Shown: positions 10,127-22,500, counted from the first letter of the stretch. The stretch is DNA of 64,000 nucleotides from an uncultured Actinomycetes bacterium (GCA_963709425.1 CAVPWG010000002.1:134499-198498); one strand, 5' to 3'. The notes: generated by a model not told the origin, from the sequence alone. Numbers and translations: made by a program.

Positions 10127-11049
10127 CGGAGCACGCCGCCCCGATGACGCCCGCCAGCGGCGCCCGCAAGTTCTCGATGCTCGTCATCACGATTCTGCCC
10201 TTCGCCGGGCTGATCGCCGCGGTGACGCTGCTCTGGAACGAGGCGGTCGGCTGGACCGACCTCGCCCTCTTCTTCGGGCTCTACCTGATCTGCGGCTTCG
10301 GCATCACGATCGGCTATCACCGCATGCTGACCCACCGCGCCTTCGAGGCCGTGGCGCCGCTCAAGGCGGCGCTGCTCGTCGCCGGCTCGTTCGCGCTCCA
10401 GGGCTCGGCGCTCGACTGGGCCATCGACCACCGCACCCACCACGCCCACTCCGACAAGGAGGGCGACCCGCACAGCCCGCACCACGGCTTCGGCCGCGGG
10501 CCCTGGGGGGCATTCAAGGGTCTGGTCCACGCCCACATGGGCTGGCTCTTCGGGCACAACCGCTCGGACGAGGAGCGCTACGCGAAGGACCTGCTCCAGG
10601 ACCGGATGACGATGGCCGTCTCGCGGCTCTTCCCGCTCTGGGCGGTGCTCACCTTCGCCGTGCCGTTCGTGCTCGGCGGACTCCTCACCATGTCGTGGAA
10701 GGGGGCGATCACCGGGCTCGTGTGGGGCGGCCTCGTGCGCCTCTTCTTCAACCACCACATCACGTGGAGCGTCAACTCGATCTGTCATTTCTTCGGCAAG
10801 CGCCCGTTCGCCGCCGGCGACCACTCCACGAACAACTGGGTACTGGCGCTGCCCTCGCTCGGCGAGTCGTGGCACCACAACCACCACGTGTTCCCCACGT
10901 CGGCCTTCCACGGGCTGGGATGGCGGCAGGTCGACCTGTCGGCCTGGATGATCGCCGGCTGGGAGAAGGTCGGGCTCGTGCGAAACGTGCGCAAGCCGAC
11001 GACCGAGCAGATCGGCCGCAAGCTGGCGGCCCCGGCGCCCGGCAGCTGA
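10123..11049 (+). CDS. acyl-CoA (stearoyl-CoA-type) fatty-acid desaturase
   Basis: ORF 10063..11049. Start set at GTG 10123 (GTGA overlap with the MBL stop); ATG 10144 is an alternative. Three His boxes (HRMLTH, HRTHHAHSD, HHNHHVFP) plus TM helices. Confidence 0.88.
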   Translation: MTEHAAPMTPASGARKFSMLVITILPFAGLIAAVTLLWNEAVGWTDLALFFGLYLICGFGITIGYHRMLTHRAFEAVAPLKAALLVAGSFALQGSALDWAIDHRTHHAHSDKEGDPHSPHHGFGRGPWGAFKGLVHAHMGWLFGHNRSDEERYAKDLLQDRMTMAVSRLFPLWAVLTFAVPFVLGGLLTMSWKGAITGLVWGGLVRLFFNHHITWSVNSICHFFGKRPFAAGDHSTNNWVLALPSLGESWHHNHHVFPTSAFHGLGWRQVDLSAWMIAGWEKVGLVRNVRKPTTEQIGRKLAAPAPGS

Positions 11050-11083
11050 CGAGTCCGTCCTCGCACATCGCCATGCTCCTCGG

Positions 11084-11920
11084 GTGCGCGACGACCTGAT
11101 CCTGCACGGCGACAACCTGCCGCTCATGGCCGAGCTCCCGGACGGCGCGTTTCGGATGGTCTACGCCGATCCGCCCTTCAACACCGGGCGGGCGCAGACA
11201 CGCTCGACGATGCGAGTGACGCCCGACGCAGGCGGAGACCGCACCGGATTCGGCGGCCGCCGCTACCGCACCGAGCTGCTCGAGCGCTCGTCCTACCGGG
11301 ACAGCTTCGACGACTACCTCGGGTTCCTCGAGCCGCGGCTGCGCGAGATCCACCGCCTGCTGGATGCCGAAGGGACGCTCTACCTGCACCTCGACCAGCG
11401 CGAGGCCCACTACGTGAAGCTCCTGCTGGACGAGGTCTTCGGCCGCGACTCGTTCCTGAACGAGCTGGTGTGGGCCTACGACTACGGCGCCAAGCCGAAG
11501 CGGCGCTGGCCCGCAAAGCACGACACGATCCTGGTGTACGTGCGCGACCCCGGCCGGTACCTGTTCGACTCCGACGCCGTCGAGCGGGAGCCCTACATGG
11601 CGCCCGGGCTCGTGACGGCCGAGAAGGCGGCCCGGGGGAAGCTCCCGACCGACGTCTGGTGGCACACCATCGTCTCGCCCACCGGGCGGGAGAAGACGGG
11701 GTATCCGACCCAGAAGCCGGTCGGGATCGTGCGCCGGATGCTCCAGGCCTCGACCCGGCCGGGCGACCGTGTGCTCGACCCCTTCGCCGGCTCGGGCACC
11801 CTCGGCGCCGCGGCGGCCGAGCTCGACCGGCGCTACGTCCTGATCGACGAGAGCGCGGAGGCCGTCGCCGTCATGCGGATGCGATTGGGCGCTCAAGCAC
11901 GCGAACGCCGGCGCGCGTAG
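11084..11920 (+). CDS. site-specific DNA methyltransferase, beta-class N6-adenine/N4-cytosine type
   Basis: ORF 11084..11920. Catalytic DPPF lies near the N-terminus (VYADPPFNTG) and AdoMet motif I (DPFAGSGT) near the C-terminus, which is the beta-class permutation. No nuclease gene is adjacent. Confidence 0.85.
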   Translation: MRDDLILHGDNLPLMAELPDGAFRMVYADPPFNTGRAQTRSTMRVTPDAGGDRTGFGGRRYRTELLERSSYRDSFDDYLGFLEPRLREIHRLLDAEGTLYLHLDQREAHYVKLLLDEVFGRDSFLNELVWAYDYGAKPKRRWPAKHDTILVYVRDPGRYLFDSDAVEREPYMAPGLVTAEKAARGKLPTDVWWHTIVSPTGREKTGYPTQKPVGIVRRMLQASTRPGDRVLDPFAGSGTLGAAAAELDRRYVLIDESAEAVAVMRMRLGAQARERRRA

Positions 11921-12571
11921 CGACGACCGCGGTCGAGGCGAACCCGAGGAAGAACCCGTGCTCGACGACGCCGGGGACGCCCGACACGTCGCGCGCCAGG
12001 GCGGCCGGGTCGACCCACTCGGCCCGCGTGCAGTGGAGGATCCGGTTGCCCTCGTCGGTGACGAAGGGGCGCCCGGCGTCGACGCGCGGCTCCGGATCCC
12101 AGCCCAGATCGCGAAGGAGCCGCACGGCGACCGGCAGCGCGAACGGGATCACCTCGACCGGGAGCGGCGCACGCTCGCCGAGCCGGCTCACGAGCTTGGT
12201 CTCGTCGGCGACGACCACCATCCGCCGGGCGGCCGACGCGACCACCTTCTCGCGCAGGTGCGCGCCTCCCAGGCCCTTGATCAGATCCAGCGCCGGGTCG
12301 ATCTCGTCGGCGCCGTCGATCACGACATCGAGCTCGGCGACGTCCGCGAGCGAGAGGAGCGGGATCCCCAGCTCGCCGCAGCGCTCGGCCGTCGCGGCGG
12401 ACGTGGGCACGCCGGCGACGTCGGAGAGTGCGCCCGACACGAGCCGCTCGCCCAGCGCATCGAGCATCTTCGCGGCGGTGGAGCCGCTGCCGAGGCCCAG
12501 GCGCATCCCCGAGCGGACGAAGCGGTCAACGGCCGCGGCGCCGGCCTCGGCCTTGAGCGCATCGAGGTCGG

Positions 12572-12575
<4 letters not shown>
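11871..12575 (-). CDS. rpiA: ribose-5-phosphate isomerase A
   Basis: ORF 11871..12575 (GTG start). [18 protein letters not shown] and [11 protein letters not shown] motifs. Confidence 0.9.
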
Positions 12576-14569
<1,994 letters not shown>

Positions 14570-14583
14570 GCCCGGCAGTCTAG

Positions 14584-14889
14584 TCAGGCGGTCCGGAGGG
14601 CCTCACCGGGCGTGGCGGCCGGATCGGCGATCGCCCGCACCGGCGCGCGCTCGAAGACGCCGGCGGCGGCCCGGACGCAGGTGCCGGTGTCGGCGAAGAG
14701 CACGTCCAGGTTGACGCCGAACGCGACGGCCAGCGCGTGCGCGGTCCGCGAGCGCGGCTCCGAGCGGCCGTGCAGGATGTTCCACAGGCCCTGAGGCGAG
14801 AGGCCGAGATACCGCGCCAGGTCCTGCTGGCTCACGTCGTGCAGCCCGAGGAGGTGGCGCAGATTGCGCCCCAGTCGACCGTGTTCCAC
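14584..14889 (-). CDS. XRE-family HTH transcriptional regulator
   Basis: ORF 14584..14964. Start set at GTG 14889, which has GGAAAGGA 6 nt upstream. The 25 codons upstream have poor GC3. HTH region is [37 protein letters not shown]. Confidence 0.7.
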   Translation of the reverse strand: MEHGRLGRNLRHLLGLHDVSQQDLARYLGLSPQGLWNILHGRSEPRSRTAHALAVAFGVNLDVLFADTGTCVRAAAGVFERAPVRAIADPAATPGEALRTA

Positions 14890-14952
14890 GTCCTGGTCCT
14901 TTCCACGACCGGTGCCGCCACCGCCCTTGGGCTGCGACTCGCCGGTTGGTGT

Positions 14953-14981
14953 TTGACACTTCACAGGAGGGATCGTACCCT
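14953..14981 (+). promoter_or_regulatory. predicted housekeeping-type promoter of the sulfate transporter operon
   Basis: TTGACA (14953..14958), a 17-nt spacer, then TACCCT (14976..14981). It sits in an AT-enriched 126-nt divergent intergenic region. AAAGGAG lies 5 nt before TTG 15016. Confidence 0.45.
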
Positions 14982-15015
14982 ATTCTCAAGTTTGTTGATA
15001 GACAAAGGAGACAAG

Positions 15016-16128
15016 TTGAACCGACTTCAAGTGAGATCCACCAGCGTGATGGCCCGTCTCAAGGCCGGAGCGCTGATCGCAAGCGTCACGGTGCTCAGCG
15101 CCGCCGCGGCCGCATGCGGCGGAAGCAGCGCTGCCGGCACTGGTGGGGCTGCCAGCAGCGGGCCGTGCAAGCCGGCCAGCTCTCCGGTGATCACGCTGGC
15201 CGCCTACAGCAATCCGTACGACGCCTACGGCAAGCTCACGTCGACGTTCGCCGCCGACTGGAAGGACAAGCACGACCAGAGTCTCATCTTCCAGATGTCC
15301 TTCGGCGGGAGCACGACGCAGGCCCAGAACATCGTGAACGGCTTCCCGGCGGACGTGTACGCGTCGTCGACAGCGACCGACGTCGAGACGGTACAGGATG
15401 CGAAGCTGATCACGAGCGACTGGCAGAACGCCCCGGACAACTCGATCGTGGCGACCTCGGTCGTCGGCTTCATGGTCCGCCCGGGGAACCCAAAGGGGAT
15501 CCACAACTGGAGCGACCTCACGAAGCCTGGCATTCAGATCCTCACTCCCGACCCGGCCCAGAGCGGCGGCGCGAGGTGGAACATCGTCGCAGCGTACGGC
15601 GCGGCCATGCGCGGCGAGGTGCCGGGCTACAAGGCCAACGATCCCGCGGACGCGGAGCGGCTCCTCGAGGGCATCTTCAAGAACGTGACGGTGCTCGACA
15701 AGAGCGCGAACGACTCGTTCAAGAACTTCGAGTCCGGTAACGGCGACGTCGCCATTACGTACGAGAATCAGGCGCTCGCAGGGATCGCCGCCGGCAGCGA
15801 GGATCAGTTCGTGATCCCGCCGTCGACGGTCTCGATCCAGACGCCCACCGTGGTCGTCGACAAGAACGCCGACGATCACTGCGTCGCACCGATCGCGGAC
15901 GCGTTCGTGAAGTACCTGCACACCCCGGATGCCCAGGAGGTCTTCCAGACCGTGGGCTACCAGCGCCCGATCGACGTCGCCGAGGCGGCGAAGGGCTCGG
16001 ACGGGTACCCGCCGGTCCACGACCTGTTCACCACCGACGATCTCGGCGGCTGGGACAAGATCGTGAGCACGACGGTGTTCGGTCCTGACGGCGCGTTCAC
16101 CAAGGCCTTCCAGGCCGCGAAGGGGTAG
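15016..16128 (+). CDS. cysP: sulfate/thiosulfate ABC transporter substrate-binding lipoprotein
   Basis: Part of ORF 14737..16128. TTG 15016 follows a strong SD; ATG 15049 is an alternative. Signal and lipobox LSAAAAAC. GGARWNIVAAYGA and NGDVAITYENQA are typical of Sbp/CysP. Confidence 0.88.
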   Translation: MNRLQVRSTSVMARLKAGALIASVTVLSAAAAACGGSSAAGTGGAASSGPCKPASSPVITLAAYSNPYDAYGKLTSTFAADWKDKHDQSLIFQMSFGGSTTQAQNIVNGFPADVYASSTATDVETVQDAKLITSDWQNAPDNSIVATSVVGFMVRPGNPKGIHNWSDLTKPGIQILTPDPAQSGGARWNIVAAYGAAMRGEVPGYKANDPADAERLLEGIFKNVTVLDKSANDSFKNFESGNGDVAITYENQALAGIAAGSEDQFVIPPSTVSIQTPTVVVDKNADDHCVAPIADAFVKYLHTPDAQEVFQTVGYQRPIDVAEAAKGSDGYPPVHDLFTTDDLGGWDKIVSTTVFGPDGAFTKAFQAAKG

Positions 16129-16134
16129 CGCGTC

Positions 16135-17028
16135 ATGGCCCAGGCGACCATCGACAGCGGAAGGAGGTGGCCGCGTGGCCGCGCCCGGCGAACGCCGGGC
16201 GCGGCCCTGGGCCGGTGGGGGCTGCGCGGAGCGGCGCTGCTCTACCTGGGCCTCTTCATCCTGCTGCCCGTTGCAGCGATCCTCCAAGCTGGCTTCAGCG
16301 ACGGGCTGACGAACCTCCGCGACGCCCTCGACTCGTTCGGCGCGAAGGGCGCCATCGAGCTCACCCTGATCATGGCGGCGATCACAGCAATCGTGAACGG
16401 CGTGTTCGGCACACTGCTGGCCTACGTGCTCGTCCGGATTCCCTTCCCCGGCCGAAGCATCGTGTCGACGATCGTCGACCTGCCGTTCGCGGTGCCGACG
16501 CTCGTCGCCGGTGTCATGCTCGTGGCTCTGTATGGCCCCAATTCCGTCCTCGGTGGCTGGTTCAACGACCATGGAATCCACGTCATCTTCGCCCGGCCGG
16601 GAATCCTGCTCGCACTGCTCTTCGTGACGCTGCCGCTGGTCGTGCGTAGCGTGCAACCCGTGCTCCTCGAGCTCGACCTCGCCGAGGAGGAGGCGGCGCG
16701 AGTCCTTGGCGCCGGTGGGTGGACGACGTTCCGCCGGGTGGTGTTCCCGGCGCTTCGATCGGCCATCGCCGCCGGTGCGCTGCTGGCGTTCGCCCGCAGC
16801 CTGGGCGAGTTCGGCGCCATCGTGTTCGTGTCGGGCAACATCCCGAACGAGACCCTCACGGCGCCCGTCCTGATCACGCAGTTGCTCAACCCCTCGAACT
16901 TCGGCAGCAGCGGCGGCCCCGATGAGGCGGCCGCGGTCGCCGCGGTACTTTTCGGGATCTCGGCCGTCGTGGTTCTCGTGACGGAGCAGTTCGTGTCACG
17001 CCGGTCGACGGAGCGGTTCTTCGCATGA
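16135..17028 (+). CDS. cysT: sulfate ABC transporter permease
   Basis: ORF 16135..17028. Multi-TM protein with the EAA-type loop EEEAARVLGAGGWTTFRRVVFP. Confidence 0.9.
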   Translation: MAQATIDSGRRWPRGRARRTPGAALGRWGLRGAALLYLGLFILLPVAAILQAGFSDGLTNLRDALDSFGAKGAIELTLIMAAITAIVNGVFGTLLAYVLVRIPFPGRSIVSTIVDLPFAVPTLVAGVMLVALYGPNSVLGGWFNDHGIHVIFARPGILLALLFVTLPLVVRSVQPVLLELDLAEEEAARVLGAGGWTTFRRVVFPALRSAIAAGALLAFARSLGEFGAIVFVSGNIPNETLTAPVLITQLLNPSNFGSSGGPDEAAAVAAVLFGISAVVVLVTEQFVSRRSTERFFA

Positions 17029-17864
17029 GCGCTCAGCCCCACACCGCTTCTCAGAGCAGAGGCCGCTGGTCGCGCCGCCTCATGGTCGGCGTCGCGCTGA
17101 TCTACGTCGCGGGCCTGCTCGTGGCCCCGCTCGTCGGTATCACCTACTACGGCCTCAAGTCCGGGCTGGGAACCATCGGCGACACCTTCGGCCAGACCGA
17201 CGTTCAGCACGCGTTCTATCTGACATTTCTGATCATGCTGATCACCGTCATCGTGAATACCGTGTTCGGCATCATCGTGGCGCTCGTGCTCACCCGCGAT
17301 CACTTTCCCGGAAAGCGCCTGATGTCGGCGCTGGTCGACCTGCCGCTTGCGGTTTCGCCCGTGATCGTCGGCCTGATGGCGATCCTGCTCTTCGGGCGGG
17401 GCGGCTGGTTCGAGGCGTTCTTCGCTGCGCAGGGGATCCAGGTCATCTTCGCGCTGCCGTCGATGGTCCTCGTCACCATCTTCATCTCGATCCCGTTCGT
17501 GATCCGCGAGGTGGTGCCGGTTCTCGAGGAGCTCGGCACCGAGGAGGAGCAGGCCGCCTGGACGCTTGGCGCGTCCAAGCTTCAGACGTTCTTCCGCGTC
17601 ACGCTCCCGAACATCCGCTGGGGCCTCCTCTACGGGATCGCCCTCTCCGCGGCACGGGCGATCGGCGAGGTCGGCGCCGTGCTCATCGTGAGCGGCGCCC
17701 TCCAGGGGCAGACGGAGACGGCCACGCTTTACATTCTGCGAGCCTTCGACCAGTACCAGGACCCCCAGGGGTACGTGGTCGCTCTCACGCTCGCACTGTT
17801 CTCGATCGTGCTCCTGATCGGGATCGAGACGTTCAAACGGAACAGCTCCAGGGAGGCGCGGTAA
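17025..17864 (+). CDS. cysW: sulfate ABC transporter permease
   Basis: ORF 17025..17864. ATGA overlap with cysT. Has EEEQAAWTLGASKLQTFFRVTLP. Confidence 0.9.
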   Translation: MSAQPHTASQSRGRWSRRLMVGVALIYVAGLLVAPLVGITYYGLKSGLGTIGDTFGQTDVQHAFYLTFLIMLITVIVNTVFGIIVALVLTRDHFPGKRLMSALVDLPLAVSPVIVGLMAILLFGRGGWFEAFFAAQGIQVIFALPSMVLVTIFISIPFVIREVVPVLEELGTEEEQAAWTLGASKLQTFFRVTLPNIRWGLLYGIALSAARAIGEVGAVLIVSGALQGQTETATLYILRAFDQYQDPQGYVVALTLALFSIVLLIGIETFKRNSSREAR

Positions 17865-19009
17865 TGGCAGGCAGTATTGAGGTCAGAGGGCTGAGCAAGG
17901 CCTTCGGCACGTTCAAGGCGGTGGACGAGGTCAGCTTCGCCGCCGCCGAGGGAACCATCACCGCGCTGCTCGGCCCCAGCGGATCGGGGAAGAGCACCGT
18001 GCTTCGGATGATCGCCGGCCTCGAGCAGCCGGACTCCGGACGCGTGATCGTCGCTGGAGAAGAGCTCACGGACGCCAGCGTGCAGGATCGGCGCCTCGGG
18101 TTCGTCTTCCAGCACTACGCCCTCTTTCGGCACATGACGGTGCGTAAGAATGTCGCCTTCGGCCTGTCGGTTCGCAGGGTCGACAAGGATTCGCAAAAGA
18201 AGCGGGTCGAGGAACTGCTCGAGCTCGTCGGGTTGGCGCCGTTCGCAAACCGATACCCGGACCAGCTCTCCGGCGGCCAGCGCCAGCGCGTCGCCTTGGC
18301 CCGTGCGCTCGCGCCGAGCCCGCAGGTGCTCCTGCTCGACGAACCGTTCGGCGCCCTGGACGCACGTGTCCGCCAGGAGCTGCGGAACTGGCTCGACGAG
18401 CTCCACCGGGAGCTGGGCGTCACAAGCCTCTTCGTGACGCATGACCAGGAGGAGGCGCTCGAGCTCGCCAACGAGGTCGTCGTCATGAACCACGGCAAGG
18501 TCGAGCAGGTGGGAGCGGCGGATCAGATCTACAACCAGCCGGCCACGCCGTTCGTGGCCGCGTTTGTCGGATCCTCGAATGTGCTCCATGGCACCGTCTG
18601 GGAGCGGTATGTCCATTTCGGACGCTCCGCGGTCGCCGGCGCCCACAATATCCCGGACGGCCGCGAGGCCGTGGCCTACATCCGGCCCCATGACATCGAG
18701 CTCACGACCACGCCCGGAGAGATGTCCTTTCCGATCGCTGTCGAACGGCGTACAGACATGGGGTGGATGGCCAAGCTCCACCTTCGGTTGGAGGACGGGC
18801 AACCGCTGGTGGCGCAGCTTCCGAACGAAGAGATCCAGGGTGTCGGTCCAGGTCAGCGCCTCTATGCGAACCTGCGGAACCCAAAGGTCTTCTCCGACGA
18901 TCGCGTGAACACCGCCTCCGACGCCGCGCCGGCGCCCGGAGATGCGGGTGAGGAGGACGCCGACGAGCCGGCCGAAGGCTCCGAGCTCGCGCCGGCCCGG
19001 CAGGCGTGA
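17864..19009 (+). CDS. cysA: sulfate ABC transporter ATP-binding protein
   Basis: ORF 17864..19009. Walker A GPSGSGKST, signature LSGGQRQRVALARAL, Walker B LLLDEPF. The C-terminal regulatory domain carries an acidic tail. Confidence 0.92.
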   Translation: MAGSIEVRGLSKAFGTFKAVDEVSFAAAEGTITALLGPSGSGKSTVLRMIAGLEQPDSGRVIVAGEELTDASVQDRRLGFVFQHYALFRHMTVRKNVAFGLSVRRVDKDSQKKRVEELLELVGLAPFANRYPDQLSGGQRQRVALARALAPSPQVLLLDEPFGALDARVRQELRNWLDELHRELGVTSLFVTHDQEEALELANEVVVMNHGKVEQVGAADQIYNQPATPFVAAFVGSSNVLHGTVWERYVHFGRSAVAGAHNIPDGREAVAYIRPHDIELTTTPGEMSFPIAVERRTDMGWMAKLHLRLEDGQPLVAQLPNEEIQGVGPGQRLYANLRNPKVFSDDRVNTASDAAPAPGDAGEEDADEPAEGSELAPARQA

Positions 19010-19452
19010 TTCGGCCCGACGGGCTCCGGCTCGGATCTGACCCCGTCGGGTCTCCCCCAGGGCCTCACGCGACCGCCCGCAGGGCCGCAGCCGCGTTCGT
19101 GCTTGCTGTGGCGATGCCGGCGCCGCCGCTGCTCGCGATCACAGTGGGCCTGCGAGAACACCAGGCGCTTCCGGTGTTCTACGCGAGTGTCGCCGTGCTC
19201 CTGGCGGCAGCCGTCGGCCTTGGATCCACGGCCGTCCCCGGGCAGAACCGAGGCTGGGTGGCCGAACGAATCGGTGTAACGGCGGTCATCGCGTGGGCGG
19301 CCGGCCTGGATGTGGCCATGCTCGAGCGTGCATTCGTGACGGCGCACGCTGACGCGGAGGTGGCCAGCTTCGCCGTAGCCGGCGCCGTCTACCTGTCGGC
19401 AGCACCTGGGCATTTACCGATCCCAGGCACTTCGACTGGAACTGGACGATGA
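19006..19452 (+). CDS. hypothetical membrane protein
   Basis: ORF 19006..19452. GTGA overlap with the cysA stop. Three or four hydrophobic segments. No family recognised. Confidence 0.4.
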   Translation: MIRPDGLRLGSDPVGSPPGPHATARRAAAAFVLAVAMPAPPLLAITVGLREHQALPVFYASVAVLLAAAVGLGSTAVPGQNRGWVAERIGVTAVIAWAAGLDVAMLERAFVTAHADAEVASFAVAGAVYLSAAPGHLPIPGTSTGTGR

Positions 19453-19521
19453 CGAGCGTCGCGGCAGTTGCGGTCTGGCTCGGCGTGCTCGCCGCCTCGT
19501 AGCCGCGACTACCGCCGGCCC

Positions 19522-22500
19522 CTACGCCGCGACCTGGCGGATCTGGTGGACGGCCACCATCACCATCGAGCTGTCGTCGGGCGGCGCCGTGGTCACGTTC
19601 TCCATCATCCGCGACAGCCGGTCGTACGGATCGGAGCGGGCGCTCAGATACGCGTCGACGGCGTCGTCGATCGAGCCGTTCTGCGACTCCGCGATCACCC
19701 GCTCGACGATCTGCCGGCGCAGCAGGCGCAGGTCGTCGAGAAGCGTGTCCCAGGCCATCCGCTGCCACCGGTCCTCGGCGGGGAGGGCGGCCGCCCGGGC
19801 CTCGACCAGATCGAGGTACAGGCGCTCGCCGACGGTGAAGAACGCGCGCGAGACCTCGGGGATCGAACGCCCGGTGTCCTGTGAGACGGAGACGATGTCG
19901 GGGGCGTAGACCAGCGCCGGAACGACCGCCCCGAACCGCGCGGGCTCGTCGGGGACGTCCTGCTCCAGAAGCTCCTCGAGCCGGCCGTCGGTCGCGACCC
20001 TCCAGGCATCGGTGGTCGAGTCGGAGAGCGTCTGCACGAGCTCCGCGAATGCCGGCCGGCCACGCTCGATCTCCTCGGTCAGATCGATGTCGTGGACGTT
20101 CTGGAGGTACCAGCGCGCGAGCTGCTCGACCATCGAGTCGACGCCGTTCATGAGGCTGGCCTGGACGTCTCCCGGGACGACCGCGTCGAGTCGCTCGACC
20201 TCGTCCCACGGATCGCGTGCTGCGCTCACGTCGCGCGCCACCAGGAACGCGCGCGCGACCTCCTCCGGCGTCGCACCCGTCTCGGCGGCCATCCGGGCGA
20301 CGAACGTGATCCCCATCGAGTTGATGACGTCGTTCGTCACGATGGTGGCGATGATCTCGCGGCGCAGCGGATGAGTCGGAAGCAGATGGCCGAAGCGCTC
20401 AACCACGAGCGGTGGGAAGTACTCCGCCAGCGCCGAGACGAGGTACGGGTCGTCGGGGAGCGAGGACTCGAGCACCTGCTCGCGAAGCAGCCGCTTGGCG
20501 TACGCGAGGAGGACGCACAACTCCGGACGCGTCATGCCGTGGCCGGCGGTGATCCGTTCGGCCATGAGCTCGCCCGACGGCAGGGCTTCGAGTTGGCGCT
20601 CGAGCAGGTGCCGGGACTCGAGCTCGACCATCAGATCCTCGAAGGCCTCCATCCGCCGAGGCGAGATCGCCGACTCCTGGCTCAGGATCTGCACCTGGAG
20701 GTAGTTGTCGTAGAGGACGAGCCGGACCACGTCGTCGGCGACCTCGTGCAGGATCTCGTTTCGGCCCTCGAGCGTGAGCTCGTCGCGCTCGATCGCGATG
20801 GCGAGCAGGATCTTCAGGTTGACCTCGTGATCGGAGCAGTCGACACCGCCGGAGTTGTCGATGGCGTCGGTGTTGATCCGCCCGCCGCCGTGGGCGTACT
20901 CGATCCGCCCGCGCTGGGTGAGGCCCAGGTTTCCACCCTCGCCGACGACGGTGCAGCGCAGGTCGCGGCCGTCCACCCGGATGGCGTCGTTCGCGCGGTC
21001 GTCGACCTCGGCGTGCGACTCGGCCGACGCCTTGACGTAGGTGCCGATGCCGCCGTTCCAGAGCAGGTCGACCGGCGCCTGGAGGATCGCCCGCATCAGG
21101 TCGACCGGCGCCAGCGCGGGGCTGTCGATCCCGAGCACCGCCTGCGCCTGGGGCGAGACCGGGATCGACTTGGCCGTGCGCGGCCACACGCCGCCGCCTT
21201 GCGGAGATCACCGACCGGTCGTAGTCGTCCCAGGACGTGCCCGGTGCGTCGAAGAGACGGCGCCGCTCCGCGTACGCCGCGGCCGCGTCGGGCGACGGGT
21301 CGAGGAACACGTGGCGGTGGTCGAAGGCCGCGACGAGCTCGAGGTGCTCCGACAGGAGCATGCCGTTTCCGAACACGTCGCCCGACATGTCGCCGATGCC
21401 GACGGCGGTGACGGCCTCGGCCTCCACATCGCGGCCGAGCTCGCGGAAGTGCCGCTTCACGCTCTCCCAGGCGCCCTTCGCCGTGATCCCGAGCGCCTTG
21501 TGGTCGTAGCCGGCCGAGCCGCCGGATGCGAAGGCATCGCCGAGCCAGAAGCCGTACTCCAGCGACACCTCGTTCGCCGTGTCGGAGAGGTGGGCCGTAC
21601 CCTTGTCCGCCGCGACCACCAGGTAGGCGTCGTCGCCGTCGAGCACCCGCACGCCCTCGGGATGGACGACCTGGCCGCCGACGATGTTGTCGGTGATGTC
21701 GAGGAGGCCGCGCATCAGGGTGATGTACTGGCGCCGCTCCTCCTGCATGAGCCCGGCGCGGTCGAGCGGCGGGCGCTTCAGCACGAACCCGCCCTTCGCC
21801 CCCACCGGGACGATCACCGCGTTCTTCACCATCTGCGCCTTCATCAGGCCCAGGATCTCGGTGCGGTAGTCCTCGAGCCGGTCAGACCAGCGGATGCCGC
21901 CGCGGGCCACCGGCCCGCCACGGAGGTGCACGCCTGCCATCTCGGTCGAGAACACGAAGATCTCCCAGAGCGGCACGGGCTTGGGCATGCCGGGCACGTC
22001 CGCGCAGCGCAGCTTGAACGACAGGTGGTCGCGGTCGGGCAGGTATGCGCTCGTGCGGACGGTCGCCATCATCATGCCCAGGTAGCCGCGCAGGATGCGA
22101 TCGTCGTCGAGGCTCTGCACGGCGTCCAGGTCGGCCTCGATCTCTTCGACGAGCGCGTCCTCTGCGGACACGTCGCGGGGATGCGCCGGGTCGAAGCGGA
22201 GCTCGAAGAGCCGCACGAGCTTGCGGGAGATGTCGGCGTTGCGAACGAGGCAGTCGTTCTGATACCGCGACGTGAAGGTCGCACCGAGCAGCTGGCGGTA
22301 CTCCCGGTAGGCGCGTAGGATCGTGACCCGGCGCCAGTCGAGCTCGCCCGCGACGACCAGCCGGTTCAGCCAGTCCGACCCCGCCTTGCCCTCCCACACG
22401 GCGCCGACCGTGTCGGCGACGATGTCCGCCATCCGGTCGAGGTCGAGCTGCTTGCCCGCCGGGCCGAGCACGCCGAAGTCGTGCAGGTAGCGGCCGTCCT

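Noticed and set aside
11084-11920. A restriction-modification system around the methyltransferase.
   Set aside because: The flanking genes are a fatty-acid desaturase and rpiA. No candidate nuclease ORF exists within several kb.
19453-19521. A possible terminator between the convergent hypothetical gene and gdh.
   Set aside because: Only a 4-bp GGCG/CGCC stem is present, with no U-tract. This is not convincing.
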